DNA of 64,000 nt from Rhizophagus irregularis (taxonomy: Eukaryota), in contig NC_089433.1 of assembly GCF_026210795.1 (NCBI RefSeq), positions 620,001-684,000 on the forward strand, in the 5' to 3' direction. The stretch's first letter is position 1, and each line of letters begins with the position of its first letter. The notes under the pieces are model-generated. The model saw only the letters and a list, made by a program, of their open reading frames with translations. It did not search any database and was not told the DNA's origin. A program made the translations under genes and the position numbers. Below, piece by piece: positions 27,933-41,900 of this stretch.

Positions 27933-30571
27933 ATGAGGGTAGAATATAATAATTCAATACAACAAAAGATAATAAAAAGAAATTGGTATAGGGTTATTAT
28001 AATTGGAATATTATTATCTCTTCAATATATTATACCGGTTGATGCTGACCCTGCTGAAGCAAGATGGTAAGAATAAAAAAGTGAATTTGACTTTATTTTT
28101 GGTTTAAATAATTAATGTTAATCATGATGATTAGGGGTCACGCGTCTGCTTTAATTAATAACGGGTAAGAATTCTCATATAATAAATGTATATATAAATT
28201 TTTTTATTCTTTTATTATTTATTTATTTATTTATTTTTATTTTAGACTTTATGTATATGGAGGTAGGACAGCTGATTCACCAAACAATGACACATCGAAT
28301 GTGAATGAATTATTATATTTAGACGTATCAAAATCATTTAATCCCGCGGAACCTCCATGGGAAATAAGAAATTCATTATTGGTAACCGGAGGTCAACCAC
28401 CATTTTTATCATTTCATTCATGTAGTGTGGGAGGAAATCAAAATGAATTATTAATATTATTTGGAGGTGCATCAAGAGAACAAGATCCAGAAGATAATCC
28501 ATTATTTGAATATAATACAACAACCGGAACATGGTTAAATCTTGCTGTAACAACAGCAAATACTCCTCCGAGAAGAAGTGATCACACAATAGTAACAACA
28601 AGTAATTCAATTTCTTATTTATGGGGAGGAACTCCCTCTGAAGCTGAGGATACGAATATTAAAGCATTAAATCAATTATATAAGTTAACTACAGGAGATA
28701 CAATATCGTGGGAATTAACTACAGCACAAAATTCAGTTGGTAGATGGGGACATTCTGCTACTTTGTTAAGTGATGGAAAAATGTATATCATTGGCGGATT
28801 ATCCGATGGAAATATATTAGCTTCAATGACAGAAATCCCTGTTTATGATACCTTTCGAGAAATATGGTTAAGTCAAACTGCTACAGGGGATACAATTCCA
28901 GCACAAAGAAGGGGACATAGAGCAGTTGGAACAGAAGACAATAGAATAATTATATATGGAGGAACAACAGCAGGTCGTGAGACGTATTTTGATGATATAG
29001 CAGTATTAAAAGTGGTGGGAGATGGATTAACATGGGAAACACACACAGTAGCAGGAAACCAACCACCAGGAAGATATGATCATTCAATGACGTTGGTTGG
29101 ATCAAAAGCAATTGTTACTTATGGTCTCGGAAATGATTTTCTTGATGCGGGAACAAAATTATTTGTATTCGATATTGATTCATATACATGGGAACAAACT
29201 TATAATCCAAGTCCATCTGTTATGCAAAATCCGTCTACAGTTAGTAACGAAGCAACTCCAACTGATATGGCTTCGATGAAGACGAGTAGTTCTAACAATA
29301 ATTTAGGATTAATTATTGGGGTGTCTGTTGCTGGCGGTGTGGCAATTATAATTTTGCTTGGATTGTTATTCTATTATATTAGAAAAAGAAAGAGACAACC
29401 CCAATTTACTTCCATGCCTTATGAAAAACAACAAGCATCAATCCCTCCAATCGCTGGTCCTGCTCCATTATATAACTTAAATAATTTTGGTCCTTCATCA
29501 CCATCACAAGGAGGTGCTGGTGGAACTACTGATAATGCTCCATTTATTCCTCCATTTGCCTCTACTAGTCATCAACGTCAACCTTCTCTTGGTTCATTAA
29601 GTGAAACAAGAAATTTAACACCTGTCGATCAACACGATTCTTTGGGTTCGGCTCCAAGTAATAGCTCACAATCTCAATTACCTCAAATTAATATTCCTTA
29701 CGATTCGAGTTATTATAAACCTTTCACTTCTAGACCTACATCGCCACTGGCTAACCCAAACCCTAATGTTAATTACTTACCTCAAACACATTCTCCTAAT
29801 ATAATCCCTACTCCACCTCCTTCCACTCCTACTCCACCATCTATGTCTCCACCTATTTCTCCGCAAAAAGATATTTTCCCTAGTAATGTTGCTGCTACTG
29901 GTGCATCTAGTAGTACAAAAACATCATCGTCTAATTTACGTTTAGATTCTGATTCAAATACAGCTCCCGTTGAATTTGATTTTAACCTACCTCCTGTAGC
30001 CCCATTATCATTTAATCGTACAAGAACTCCTTCTCCTTCTCAAGCACAAGCACAGGAACAGGAACAAGCACAGGCACGACAACAACTTTCAACACTCCAA
30101 ATACCAATATCAACTTCTTCATCATCTTCATCTCTACCACAAAATTCATCAAATGATTTGGTTTCGTCTCCAATAGAAATGGAAACAACAGAAACGACAA
30201 CAACGACAACAGCAGAAGATGAAAGAACGGATGGATCATTTAATAGTCCGTTATTCCGCACAGAAGCGTTATCTGCATTGGCTGGTACTGCTGCCGCTGC
30301 TTCTCCTACTGATAGATCATTAAGTTTAAGAAGTGTTCCTAGGTTAAATACTTCAACTCCGAGGAACAGTATTGGTCTATCTTCACCACCTCCTACTTCA
30401 GCTAGTAGTAGGTTAAGAAGTAGTACTTTGGAAGGTCTACGTACTCATGATGGTAGTGCAACTAATAGTAGTAGGCCTACTTCTCCTACTTATACTAATA
30501 CTCCTGATGATCAACAACCAAGAGGACGATTATTTGTAGCAAATCCTGATCCATCTGATGAGAGCGATTAA
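27933..30571 (+). CDS. Kelch-repeat (beta-propeller) type I membrane protein with Ser/Pro-rich cytoplasmic tail; exons 27933-28066, 28135-28164, 28246-30571
   Basis: Two GT-AG introns restore an N-terminal hydrophobic segment and RWGHASALINNGLYVYGGR. Further Kelch repeats follow (RWGHSATLLSDGKMYIIGG, RRGHRAV..IIIYGG, RYDHSMTLVG), then the TM segment LIIGVSVAGGVAIIILLGLLFYYI followed by RKRKR. Confidence 0.9.
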
Positions 30572-31004
30572 TCAAGAAATGTTTTTTAAAAATAATTTGT
30601 TATATAATTAAGTCTTTGTATTTATAATTTATCAACTTTATTTTTATTTTTTTTTTAAAAAAAAAATAGTATTTATTTTTGTTTACATTCAAAGAAACAC
30701 AAAAAAAAGATTGTTATTTCTTATTTTTGATAATTGCAATAAGAACAATACAAAAAGAATGTTTTACGGTTTTTACGCCGAATATCTGGCTTAGGTATTT
30801 ATGACCAACAAATAAATTCATAACGTGACGTGAACACAACGTCCTGTCAAACAAAATTAAACTAGCCGTTTAAAGAATTTATTAGATCAGTAGATCTTTT
30901 TAACCCCACAAATTCTGGGTATTTAATAATCATAAATACAGCAGATCTAATTTTTTCGTCTTTTCTGGTAGATCAAAATTTATTTTAATTATTAACTTTA
31001 ATAA

Positions 31005-32685
31005 ATGTTATTGATCGCTGCTTCCGCAAAAGCGGCACAACTTAAACAAGTGCTTACATCTTTTGCTTCTGCAACTTCAGTTGTTTTACTTCAAACAAAA
31101 CAACGGTTAAGCTTTGCTGTAAACAATAATTCTTCCCACGAAAGTAATGGAAGTTTTGAAAAGCGAAGTGGTTTGGAAATGCCTGTAAAGCCAAACTATC
31201 GTGCACCAAGATTACCTATCATCTTGTGCCATGGTATGTTATTGAAATCAACGATATGATGTTTTATATTTAATAAATTAATAAATGCTAATTATGTTTT
31301 AAATTACGACTAACGACATTAGGTTTATTTGGATTCGACAAACTTGGTATACGGAAATTTTTTAATAATGATTTATTATGAATTTGTTATTATTTAATGA
31401 TATTAATTAATTATTCATAATTAAGGTCCTTCCTCTATTCCATATTTGCAAATTCATTACTGGGGAGGTATTCAAGAAGCCTTACAAAAACTTGGTGCGA
31501 AGGTTGTTGTTACCAAGGTTCCAAGGTAAATAAATCAAAAATTTATTAATTATTAATCGTCCACATAAGTATTAAAATGTTATTTCAATTTTAAATAGGA
31601 CTGGTTGCATTAAAACACGAGCTCAAGCATTGCATAAAATGTTGGAAAATGTTTGTTCAGGAGGAATTGATGTGAATTTGTTGGCTCATTCAATGGTTTG
31701 ACAACCAACATTTTGTGAATATCCGATAAAATCTTTTTGAAAGTTTTTAAAATCGTTAATATTTACCAATAATCAAAATATTTCTTATTTTTAGGGTGGA
31801 CTGGATTGTCGTTATTTAATTGCACATCTTCCTACAACGCAAGTTACAATCCGTTCATTAACTACTGTAGCAACACCACATCGAGGAAGCTCTTTTATGG
31901 ATTGGTGCAGAGATAATATTGGTGTTGGTGAAGCTGTAAAAGCTGTGGATGATGTTATAAAGCGACTTGAGGACCAGATGTCTCAAAAAAATTCAAATCA
32001 TGAAATATCCAAGAATGAACAATCTCATAATAATATGAAACCATCTCCGCCCTACCGGGAAAATAATGATAATTACCAACAGATATCAAGAAACGTTAAC
32101 AAAGAGAAGCGAAATCAGAAAATTATTGAAATTAACAATCATGATTCCTCTTCTAAAGGGAGAGGTACAAGTAGAAAATCATTCCATATTCCAATTCCCA
32201 ATTTACCTAACATCTCAATTCCAAATTTAAATTTTAATATTTCCTTACCAAATTTTAGTTTTTCGAATTTTAATTTATCTTCTATACCACAAACCACTTA
32301 TTCTTTTCTTCATCCAGCTACAAAATCACTAATTCAAGCATTGGATACACCAGCTTATGGTAATCTCACAACAGATTTTTGCATTAATGAATTCAATAGG
32401 ACTACACTAAATCATCCTTCAGTCGCTTATTTTTCATATGGTGCAGCAACAGATTTACCAATTTGGTCACCATTATATTTTCCTCATCAAATAATTAAGG
32501 CAAAGGAAGGCCCAAATGATGGTTTGGTTAGCGTTAAATCTGCTCAGTGGGGTAAATATGTTAAAACTGCTGAATGTGATCATTGGGATTTAACCGATAG
32601 ATGGAGAATTAAGATTGGTTCCAATTTTGATCCCGTAGAGTTTTATTTAAGTATTGCTACTTTTTTAGCTAGTGAAGGTTATTGA
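31005..32685 (+). CDS. Alpha/beta-hydrolase, TGL2-like triacylglycerol lipase; exons 31005-31233, 31323-31346, 31426-31525, 31599-31695, 31795-32685
   Basis: The spliced product contains PIILCHGLFGFD, HYWGGI, LLAHSMGGLDCRY (nucleophile), TTVATPHRGS, NDGLVSVKSAQWG and DHWDL. All four introns are GT-AG and keep the frame. Confidence 0.92.
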
Positions 32686-35144
32686 TTTTTATGATTTTAG
32701 TTAATTTATATGAGTATTTAAGTAGTATTTATTTAACAAATAGAATTGATCATTCCAATCAGCTTTATTTAATTTTAAATCATGATTATTATCGTACCCT
32801 TCTAATATTTTCAAACTAATAGAAACTTTCTTTTAACAATTGAGACGAAGGATGGTTGCAAGAATATATGATAGAATTGTACGTTCTTTGATAAACACTT
32901 TATGGAAATGCGTGAATAAATTATATAATTAATAAAAAATTTTCTAATTATCTTTGTCATTCTGATTATATCATTATATTGGTTTTCTTATTATAAAGAA
33001 GTAAATAAAATCTGACGTGCTAATAAAAAAGAAAATAATAACTCATTTAGGTGTTGATAATTAGATGAAACAAAAATCCAGAAAATATAGTCATGATAAT
33101 GGAATTGAAGGTTTGAAACTACTATTAATTAACAAATATAACTTATTAAGTTAATCATTCACTTTACGTTTCTTTTCTAGTTAAATTTCAAAATTTAGAA
33201 TCAGCAATCTTATCTAGTCATAATTTTTCAATTTTGGAATTGACAATAGAGCTTTTCAAGAACTCGTTGATCAAGAAAGGTTCAATAGAAATGACATAAT
33301 AAATAATATGGTATCGGCAGATGCTCTTTCCTGTTCAACAAGGATTTTAAATACAATGTAAATTCCAGCAATTTCTTTTCAACTTGACTCATCCAAAATC
33401 CCTAACAAGAAGGTATCCTTTTCTACTTGAATTTTCTCCTTTTGATATAGTAGTTCTATACAAGCAATTTATCTTCATCTCCTTGAATACTAGAATCTCT
33501 CATCCATTTTCTAATGTCATTAACGATTATATCAGCCTTTTTCTGAAAATCAGGTAAATGTAAATTTGAGTTAATTTAAATAAAGTTTCTAGTTAAACTT
33601 CAAGAGATTATCAGATCAATGCTGAATCTTAAGGTCTTAATAATAATTAATTTCACCATCATGACTGATAACAAAAATAAAAAATTACCATAATCACAAA
33701 GACAAACTTTTAAAATTAAAAAAGAGCCTGATTAAATTTATGTTTCATTATTATAATTCAAACATTTCTTTAAATTTTCTTGATCTTTATATTTGCCGTT
33801 TATAGGTCTAGAATTGAGGTAAGGATCTTGTCTTATCGGGAGGAGAGGATTATTATCCGCCGATATGCTAGTCTAAGAGGTTTCCGACTTTAGCATCCGA
33901 TGATTATCATAAATAATTTTCCGTTTGTTGAATAATTAAATAGTAGTTATATTACTTGTAACGGGAATTTAGATTGTTGTTGATCTACCTCTTATGGAAA
34001 TTGGCACGCACGTTTGGAACCCATCCATGGTCTATCATGGATTCATGGAATAAATAGAATCAATGCTTGCTATCCTTTTACCATTGTAAATGCAATCGAG
34101 AACCGTACATGTATCAATGTTAAGAAATAATGTCGTTCGGAATTGGTCAAAATTTATAGGAAAAGCTCTGGGCTGTATAAAATAAGACTTTCAAGAAGTG
34201 GAAGATTCTAATACGTAATAAAAGAAGCCCTTGAGAAATCCCTGACGTTTGGTATATTCATTAGTGAGATAGAGGTGTGAGATAAAAATTCTAAGTGGGC
34301 TAAAAACATAGCTCAGCAGTAATGAAATTGATGATGTAATTAAATTTAAATTGCAGATCGCTGCCGATCATCCAATAATTGGCCAAATAATTATCAAAAT
34401 TTACTAGGTGCAAGAAAAAAAGTATTGTGTCGATTAGGTAAAAAAAAAGTGAGCAATTCGTGACTGAAACTGGTAGCGCGACCCAGTTCATTGCCGACTT
34501 TGTTGAGATGAACCTGGGATTATTCTCGGAAAATGTGTTATATCAAAATGGGGAGATTCTAGTACGGCTATTTGCATCCGGCAAGTTCTCTACTACCCAG
34601 AACTTTCTCAATGAGATTGGGCTATCTAGCTGATTCAACTTTACCATAACCTCCTTTGAATCTAATGGCACCTAATAAGAGATCTTTGGAAAGAAGTTTA
34701 GCAATGTATTCCTACTTGTTATATATCACTTAACGAATGAATAGCCAAGATATTGCCGTAATATTATTTTGAGAAAATGATCTCGAAGTTGACTCAGATT
34801 TGGAAGAGACCGCTCTCAGTACAGGTAATAGTAATATGTAGATAAATGTTGATGTCTATTGGTTGATCAAAACGAATATTTCTCTTCTAGCTATAACCTT
34901 GTAAACATCAATCATGTGATGAACTGAAAATAAGCGAGCGTAAATAGGCAGCATATCATATACTGCAATATTCAAGTTTATAAGATGACTTTTAGACTTG
35001 GATCGAATTATACGCTCGTTATGCGAAAATAATAAATCGACAACCAATTCAGAGATTGTCAAGGTAGATTCTAATACAAAAGATATTTCTAATGTAGCTC
35101 ATGGTCCAGAAAATGCAATATATGTACACACTTTGGTGGGCGAT

Positions 35145-35505
35145 ATGAGTGGAAATTCATATCAAGTAGTGGTTTATAATAATAATAGAGGATATTCATC
35201 ACGGAAGGGTAAATGATCAATTTTTCTATTTATTCTTTTACTTTTGTTCACTATACTGTATTTGTTGTATTTCTTCCTAATTAGGAATTGGTTTATTAAT
35301 TATTAGGTAATATGGATTAGAATCTCAATAAAAGAATTCTAGTATTTACGGTGGCCTCATCAGCATTGGTAATTGACGTAGGCAAATTCCGACGGATAAT
35401 CATGGTCAGAAAGTGATGGTTTAAGTAAATTTGGAATTACATCAGTGCATAATTAATTAGGAAAAGACGTGGAACCACATAATGTATCATATGTTGTATT
35501 AACGG
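35145..35505 (+). pseudogene. Heavily deleted ammonium-transporter pseudogene
   Basis: Collinear patches resemble the downstream AMT: tggtttatt (WFI), ggtaatatggat (GNMD), cagcattggtaattg (ALVI), tcatggtcagaaa (SWSE), attacatcag (ITS), ttaggaaaagac (LGKR), ccacataatgtatcatatgttgtatta (PHNVSYVVL). The 5' boundary is uncertain. Confidence 0.7.
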
Positions 35506-37239
35506 TTAAGTACTACAATGGTGATTCTATTTATTATGTTATCTATTGTTCTAGTTCTAGATGGACTAATAATACATACCATGTGTACTATTTACTGATC
35601 ACATGAGTACAAAACACTTTAATCTCATGATGATTTCGTCAAAACTTAATATCTCTTTTTTTTTAATTGATTAATTATTAAATTTGACAACCAAAAAATG
35701 ATCTATTAATATTATTGCGGTAACTCTTTATTGATTTCCTTAATTTTGATGAATAATGAAGGTTTTAGATAAGCCATTCAAGTTTTTGATACTGCGGTAT
35801 GTTTTTACTATGATACAACAGTTTAAATGACCGCCAAACTAAAATTCTATTTGCATGATCTACAATAGATCATTGATAATCATAGTTCTTTAAATAATAA
35901 TATTATGGTCTCATGATTCGAAAGAGAATCCACTTCTGAGTTCTGATGTTCTAAGTATAGCTGTATAAGATTTACCAAAGTTGGATTATACGTGTAACGG
36001 TAACCATTGTATAGGGGTAATACCGTATAATTCCGAAATTAAGCATCCTATTTTATGTATAATGTCGGGCCAAAGTTATCATAATGCTGGTAAAAAAATC
36101 GGAACAATGCGTTCCCGGTCCGGGATGCATGAATGGAATTTTAAACAAGTTATAAAGCAAGTTTTTTTTTAGAGTTCATGGCGTCAAAAGATCTTTACAC
36201 AAATTATCTTACGACCTAGTTTTCCCATGATACCATCTAAAATCGAAGAACTTCTTCAATAAACATTATTCAAATGCAATTGAAAATCAAACAAATACAA
36301 CATTCATGTATAATAATTGTAATATCCTCCTTTTCGAAATAAATAATTCCTCTGCGCCATAGTTTTAATGTTTCATTTCTTCATGTTGGCCAATACAGTA
36401 TTTACGTTACCTTATTGATGTATGTATATTTATTATGAAACATATTAATATCTACGCGAACATCATCACGTTGTAACATGCGGATATTATTTTTGAGTTA
36501 CAATTTATATTAATGTGCATCTCAATCGCGATCTACTTTTAATTCCATGGCCATGTCCTTTAACTAAATTGGATTCTAATTAATACAATTGATTGGTTGT
36601 TTATATGATAAATATTAGTAATTTATTAATCTTGTGGTTATGTACCTTTGAGTTATCTTATCTTTTAATTTTAACAATCTTTAATATCATCAAAATGTGA
36701 CTCTTGTTATTTCAATTAAGAACTGTACTGTTATTATCGTTATACCCGATTATTTTTGTTTGTTTATATTTATAATTAGCATTACATTTACATTTTCCAT
36801 TCAAGAAATAAAAGGTGATCTTAACCGTTTTTATACATAATTTTTTGATTATGTTAATATATATATTTTTTTTATTGGTAATATTCGAAAAATTAAGTTC
36901 TTTTTAAATTTCCAAAATAAATTCCTTCATGATGCACTGGCTGCATTATCATTGAGAAACACAAAATATTTATTTTCCCTTATCATATCGGAATTTTTTT
37001 GATAAGGTAATTTTATAAATTACTTGCTATTCGAAAGCTCGGATTTTCTTTTGATCGTTTCATTTGAAAATGCTCCTTTCAATATAAGACTTTATATTAC
37101 TTATATAGTTAAAACAGATACAATCTTATACATTTTTATTTTTTTTTATTAAATTTTTTGTTATTATCAAAATTTACACTCCTTAGTATCCTTCTCTCAT
37201 TATTTTTGTTCAACTAGTTCCCTTTATAGTTTATGAAAA

Positions 37240-38922
37240 ATGTCCACAGCTACACCACTAGACGACTCTATGTTAGTAGAGAATAAATATTTTCCAGGAG
37301 ATATAGCATGGGTGTTGGTTAGTACCGGTCTTGTGTGGCTTATGGTAATTTGACTTTTCCTAATTTCGAGTTTGAATTTTATTTTTTTTGCAAGGTTATT
37401 AAAATATAATGATAATTTGTGGATTTTTTTTTCAATCAAAATGAATAACAGATTCCTGGTGTAGGTTTTTTTTATAGTGGTATGGCAAGAAGTAAGAATG
37501 CTCTCTCTCTCATTCTGCTTTGCGTCCTTTGTGGTGCCGTAGTTACTGTACAGGTAAAGAGTTCTTAGAATCTCATTTATGTGTAGCATAATTTATTTTT
37601 TCACGCTAATGTGTTAACAATTATTATAATAAATTTTAGTGGTTTATTATAGGATATTCTCTCACATTTAGTACAAATGGAAATGGTTTCATTGGTAATG
37701 TAGATCACGCTTTTTTTCGAAATCTCAAAGGAAATCCATCATTTGCCAGTCAAAGAATTCCAGATATATTATATGCAGTATATCAAGGAATGTTTGCTTC
37801 AGTTACACCAGCATTAGCAATTGGTGCAGCTGCCGAAAGAGCAAGAGTAGTTCCATTGCTAATATTTGTGTTTGTATGGACAACCTTAGTATATGATGTT
37901 ATTGCATCATGGTCATGGTCAGAAAAAGGATGGTATGCACAATTAGGCGGATTAGATTTTGCCGGAGGTACGCCAGTACATATAACATCAGGTGCAGCTG
38001 CATTAGCATATTGTATTAAATTAGGAAAGAGACACGGTCATGGTACGGATGAATTTAAACCGCATAATGTAGCAAATGTAATATTAGGCACCACTATGTT
38101 ATGGTTTGGATGGTTTGGATTCAATGGAGGTAGTGCCAATGCCGCTAACATAAGAGCAATAATGGCATTAACCTCTAGTAATTTAGCAGCTTCTGTAGGT
38201 GGAATAACATGGATGTTAATAGATTATAGGTTAGAAAGAAAATTATCTGCTTTGGGATTCTGTTCTGGCGCCGTAGCAGGATTGGTGTGTGTCACACCAG
38301 GGAGCGGATATATTAATGTACCATCAGCTATAGCATTTGGAATTGTTGGAGGTACATCATGTAATTTTGCTGTTAAATTAAAACATTTATTAGATTTTGA
38401 TGATGCATTAGACGTTTTTGCTGTACATGGGGTTGGTGGTATATGTGGAAATATTTTAACCGGTAAGGAGTAAATAATAACTTTTTTTATTTATTTTTTC
38501 TTAAAAAAGAATAGTAATTAAAGCATTTTATTTTTTTAGGTATATTTGCCCAAAAAGAAGTTGCAGCTTTAGGTGGTCAAGTAATTCAAGGGGGTTGGTT
38601 AGATGGTCATTGGGTTCAAATACTTTATCAACTTGCTGATAGCTGTGCTGGTTTAGCTTATAGCTTTTGTGTTACATATATGATTTTATTTATAATGGAT
38701 AAAATTCCTGGTTTACATTTAAGGGTTGATATTGAGGCCGAAGAACAAGGTATTGATGATACTGAATTGGGTGAATTGGCTTATTATCACGTTGATCGTC
38801 TTGCCGGTTTACTTAATTCAAATTATCTAAATAACTCAACCAATACTTCCGCTACTATGACTAATATTAATAGTGGTAAACTTCCAATACAGCAAGGCAC
38901 TAATCAATATATACTTAGTTAA
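37240..38922 (+). CDS. AMT: Ammonium transporter (Amt/Mep family), 470 aa; exons 37240-37344, 37452-37553, 37640-38462, 38540-38922
   Basis: The spliced ORF has GDIAWVLVSTGLVWLMIPGVGFFYSG, YQGMFA, LDFAGGTPVH, PHN, LWFGWFGFNGGS and DDALDVFAVHGVGG. Three GT-AG introns keep the frame. Confidence 0.97.
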
Positions 38923-41900
38923 TTAGTACGTATTAAAACAAAAAAAATATATTATTTAGATTTTAACCATATAATTATTATTTTAATATTATAAAGTTCA
39001 AGGTTGTTTTTTAATTTGCATAATATATAGTGTATACACATATATGATCTCTATTACAAACCTAAAAATACAATAATAAAAATGACCTACAAGAAATAGA
39101 AAGCTTAAATTTCAATCATTTTGCAGTATTATTATATTTTAACTTTCGGAATTTGATACATAAAATTAGTTATTGGAAAAGAACCGCTTTTTCTTTATTT
39201 TCGTGAATGATAGAAAGTTGTTTCAGGCTGAAAGAGAAGATCTTTAGCACACGGGCACAAAACATTATATAGCTTTACCAAATCCCGGAACCACATCATC
39301 TCGTAGAAGGCATTTAGCGCCACGCACCCAAAAAATTTTTTATAGTTCTGGCCAGAATTACAGTCGATTACTCAAAAAAAAAAAGTATTTCATGAATCAT
39401 GACTAGAATTAAATGTCTATTTATCATCGGAAATATAATTATTGAATAATTAAGTCATTTGTGATAATTTTTACTGAATCTTTTATAAACCTATTTGTTA
39501 TACATATTCTTTTATGTACTGTTACTCTTGAAATAAACTTGCTAAATGCTAAATTTTCCTTTGAAGATACCGTATGACACCGAATAAAAAGACCCTTTTG
39601 GTGTATCCCATAAAATACCCGTCTCAATATATGTAATATGTGGATCTATTTAATAAATCTTATAAATTATTAATATTAAATTCTTCTAGTACTGACGGGA
39701 TTAAAGTTATACCTGGGTTTAAATCAATATTTTAAATCGGGTAAATTGATTTAGACCCGTATATTTGGTCGGTGCTTATACAGTAATTATTCCTTGCATG
39801 CAAGTCGCACTATCGGTTTCAATAATAATCCGTAATATCCGTAATATCCGTAATTTTTGGTCCTCACATGGACAGACTGCTTCTAAATTAGTCCTGTTAT
39901 ATATGAAATACCTAATAAGTTCTAATAAAAGTAAAAGATGATTAATAAGAAATTGATAAAAAAGAAAAATACAGGTTGAAATATTGTTTATAAAACTTAC
40001 CATTCTTTGCCAAGATAAAAATATAAATTCATTATAATATGTTTATAATAATAAATGTGATGGATGATCCCTCGCAGCAAACATTTGAACTAATTTTTTT
40101 CTTAATTCCTTGATTTTTTTATAATTAAAATTTTAGGATCTTTTTTTTTGTAAAATTATAAACATTTTTATTGGTAAATTTTTATTTTACTTTTTATTTT
40201 TTATTTTATTTCCTAGAAGGAAAAAAAAAGTTTTAATTTCTTTTTCTATAATAATACGTTAACGATCGACATAAAATTTTTCTTTTTACTGCGCGTAAAG
40301 GCAATTTACCATCTTATCACGCAAAAAAAATCACCTGTACATTGATTGACACGTTGATAAGTGACAGGGTCCTACTGATAACATAAGATATTAACGAATT
40401 ATGTGTAACGAAGGACTATATATTTCTTTTACGTAAACGTTCATGCAATGTCCGGATGTCAGACAAAAGTGTCATTCTTGATTTATCAATAATAAAATAA
40501 ATATATGTCCGTTAAGAATCATACTATAAACTTATTAAGAATGATATTTTTGCTTCACACGTAACATTGTACAACAAAAAAAAAAAAAACTTTAGTAAAT
40601 GATACTTCGGACTTAATAACGGTTTCCGTGGCCTAGTTTTAGTTTATTTATTTATTTATTTATTTTTTTTTAAAAAAAAATGGGTTTATATTGAAATAAA
40701 ATGTTTTTTTACTTAGCATGTATCCTGATAAATACAAGTTAGTTTGATATGCAAGAAAAAAAAAGTTCTCAAAATGTTCAAATTTGATGCGGTACAACAA
40801 ATTCAATGAGATCTAATGATGTCAATTTTTTTTTAAGGTTAGATACATATGATATGAGTTATAAATGATACTCATGATATTCATGATTCGCATGATACGC
40901 ATGATATACAGCACAATTAAAATATTGAGAAGAAAAAAATTAAGGAGTGGTAACTAACACCATGTAAAATGTAAATAAAGAAATCATCTTCTTACGACTT
41001 ATTTTAGGAAAAAAAAAGTGGGAACATCTGAGCTTAATTTGAGGGTGATGTTCCAGAAAAAAAAGGGCTGGTGTTGTCATTCATGAAGGAAATTTTCTAA
41101 TGTATGACTTGATAACACTTACCTAAATTCGGATTTCGGAATTGTTTATATAAAATCATACAAAAGGTTAGCATTAAAAGTCCACCACTGAACGACATCA
41201 TCATCAATGAATCAATATATGAAAGGGGAGTTCTCCTGAAAATTTTTTTTTTTTTTTGAATATTTTATATGCAATAGAATAAAATGTATTCCCGCAATTC
41301 CTTCTATTTTTTTAAAAAAAAACTTCTTTTCTTCTTGACTATCACACCAATAACCGAATTTGGCCATTTTAATTGTTCTCAAAACAGTTATTTCAGTAGA
41401 GGAATAAATTCACACGACTAGCATATACATTTATTTATATATATATTACATAAAATGTCAAACTTTATTATTATTAAATTATCTAATCCGAATTTGAAGG
41501 GACCTTAATGGAATAAATATATTTGGTATGGGACACAATTTTTGTAAATTGCTGAATATAGTAATTAGGGAAAATAAAGCAACATTACGTAAATTATGCA
41601 ATAAATGTATTTTAAATTTTATTCGTTCAACCTTAATATCAAACAAGATTTTATGAAAAAAAAAATCTGATGGTAATAAAAATTGTTAACAATAAGAAAG
41701 AGAGAAGAAAATAAAGAATAATTATCGGAAAAACCCTAAATCTAGTTGGATTGCACATGAATTAAGTCAGAGGGTTTTTTTGATTATCAATGTAACAATG
41801 AGGTCCGTTGTTCACGGGAAACTATTTTTTTTTTCTTGAGAGAAAGATGTTTGTCGTACATCCAATATATTTAAAATTTCAATAATTTTTAATGGTTACA

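Noticed and set aside
28338..30261. Antisense and alternative-frame ORFs within the Kelch gene
   Set aside because: Shadows of the real CDS with no independent motifs.
37224..37589. 121-aa minus-strand ORF
   Set aside because: Antisense to AMT exons 1-2 and an intron; no recognisable features.
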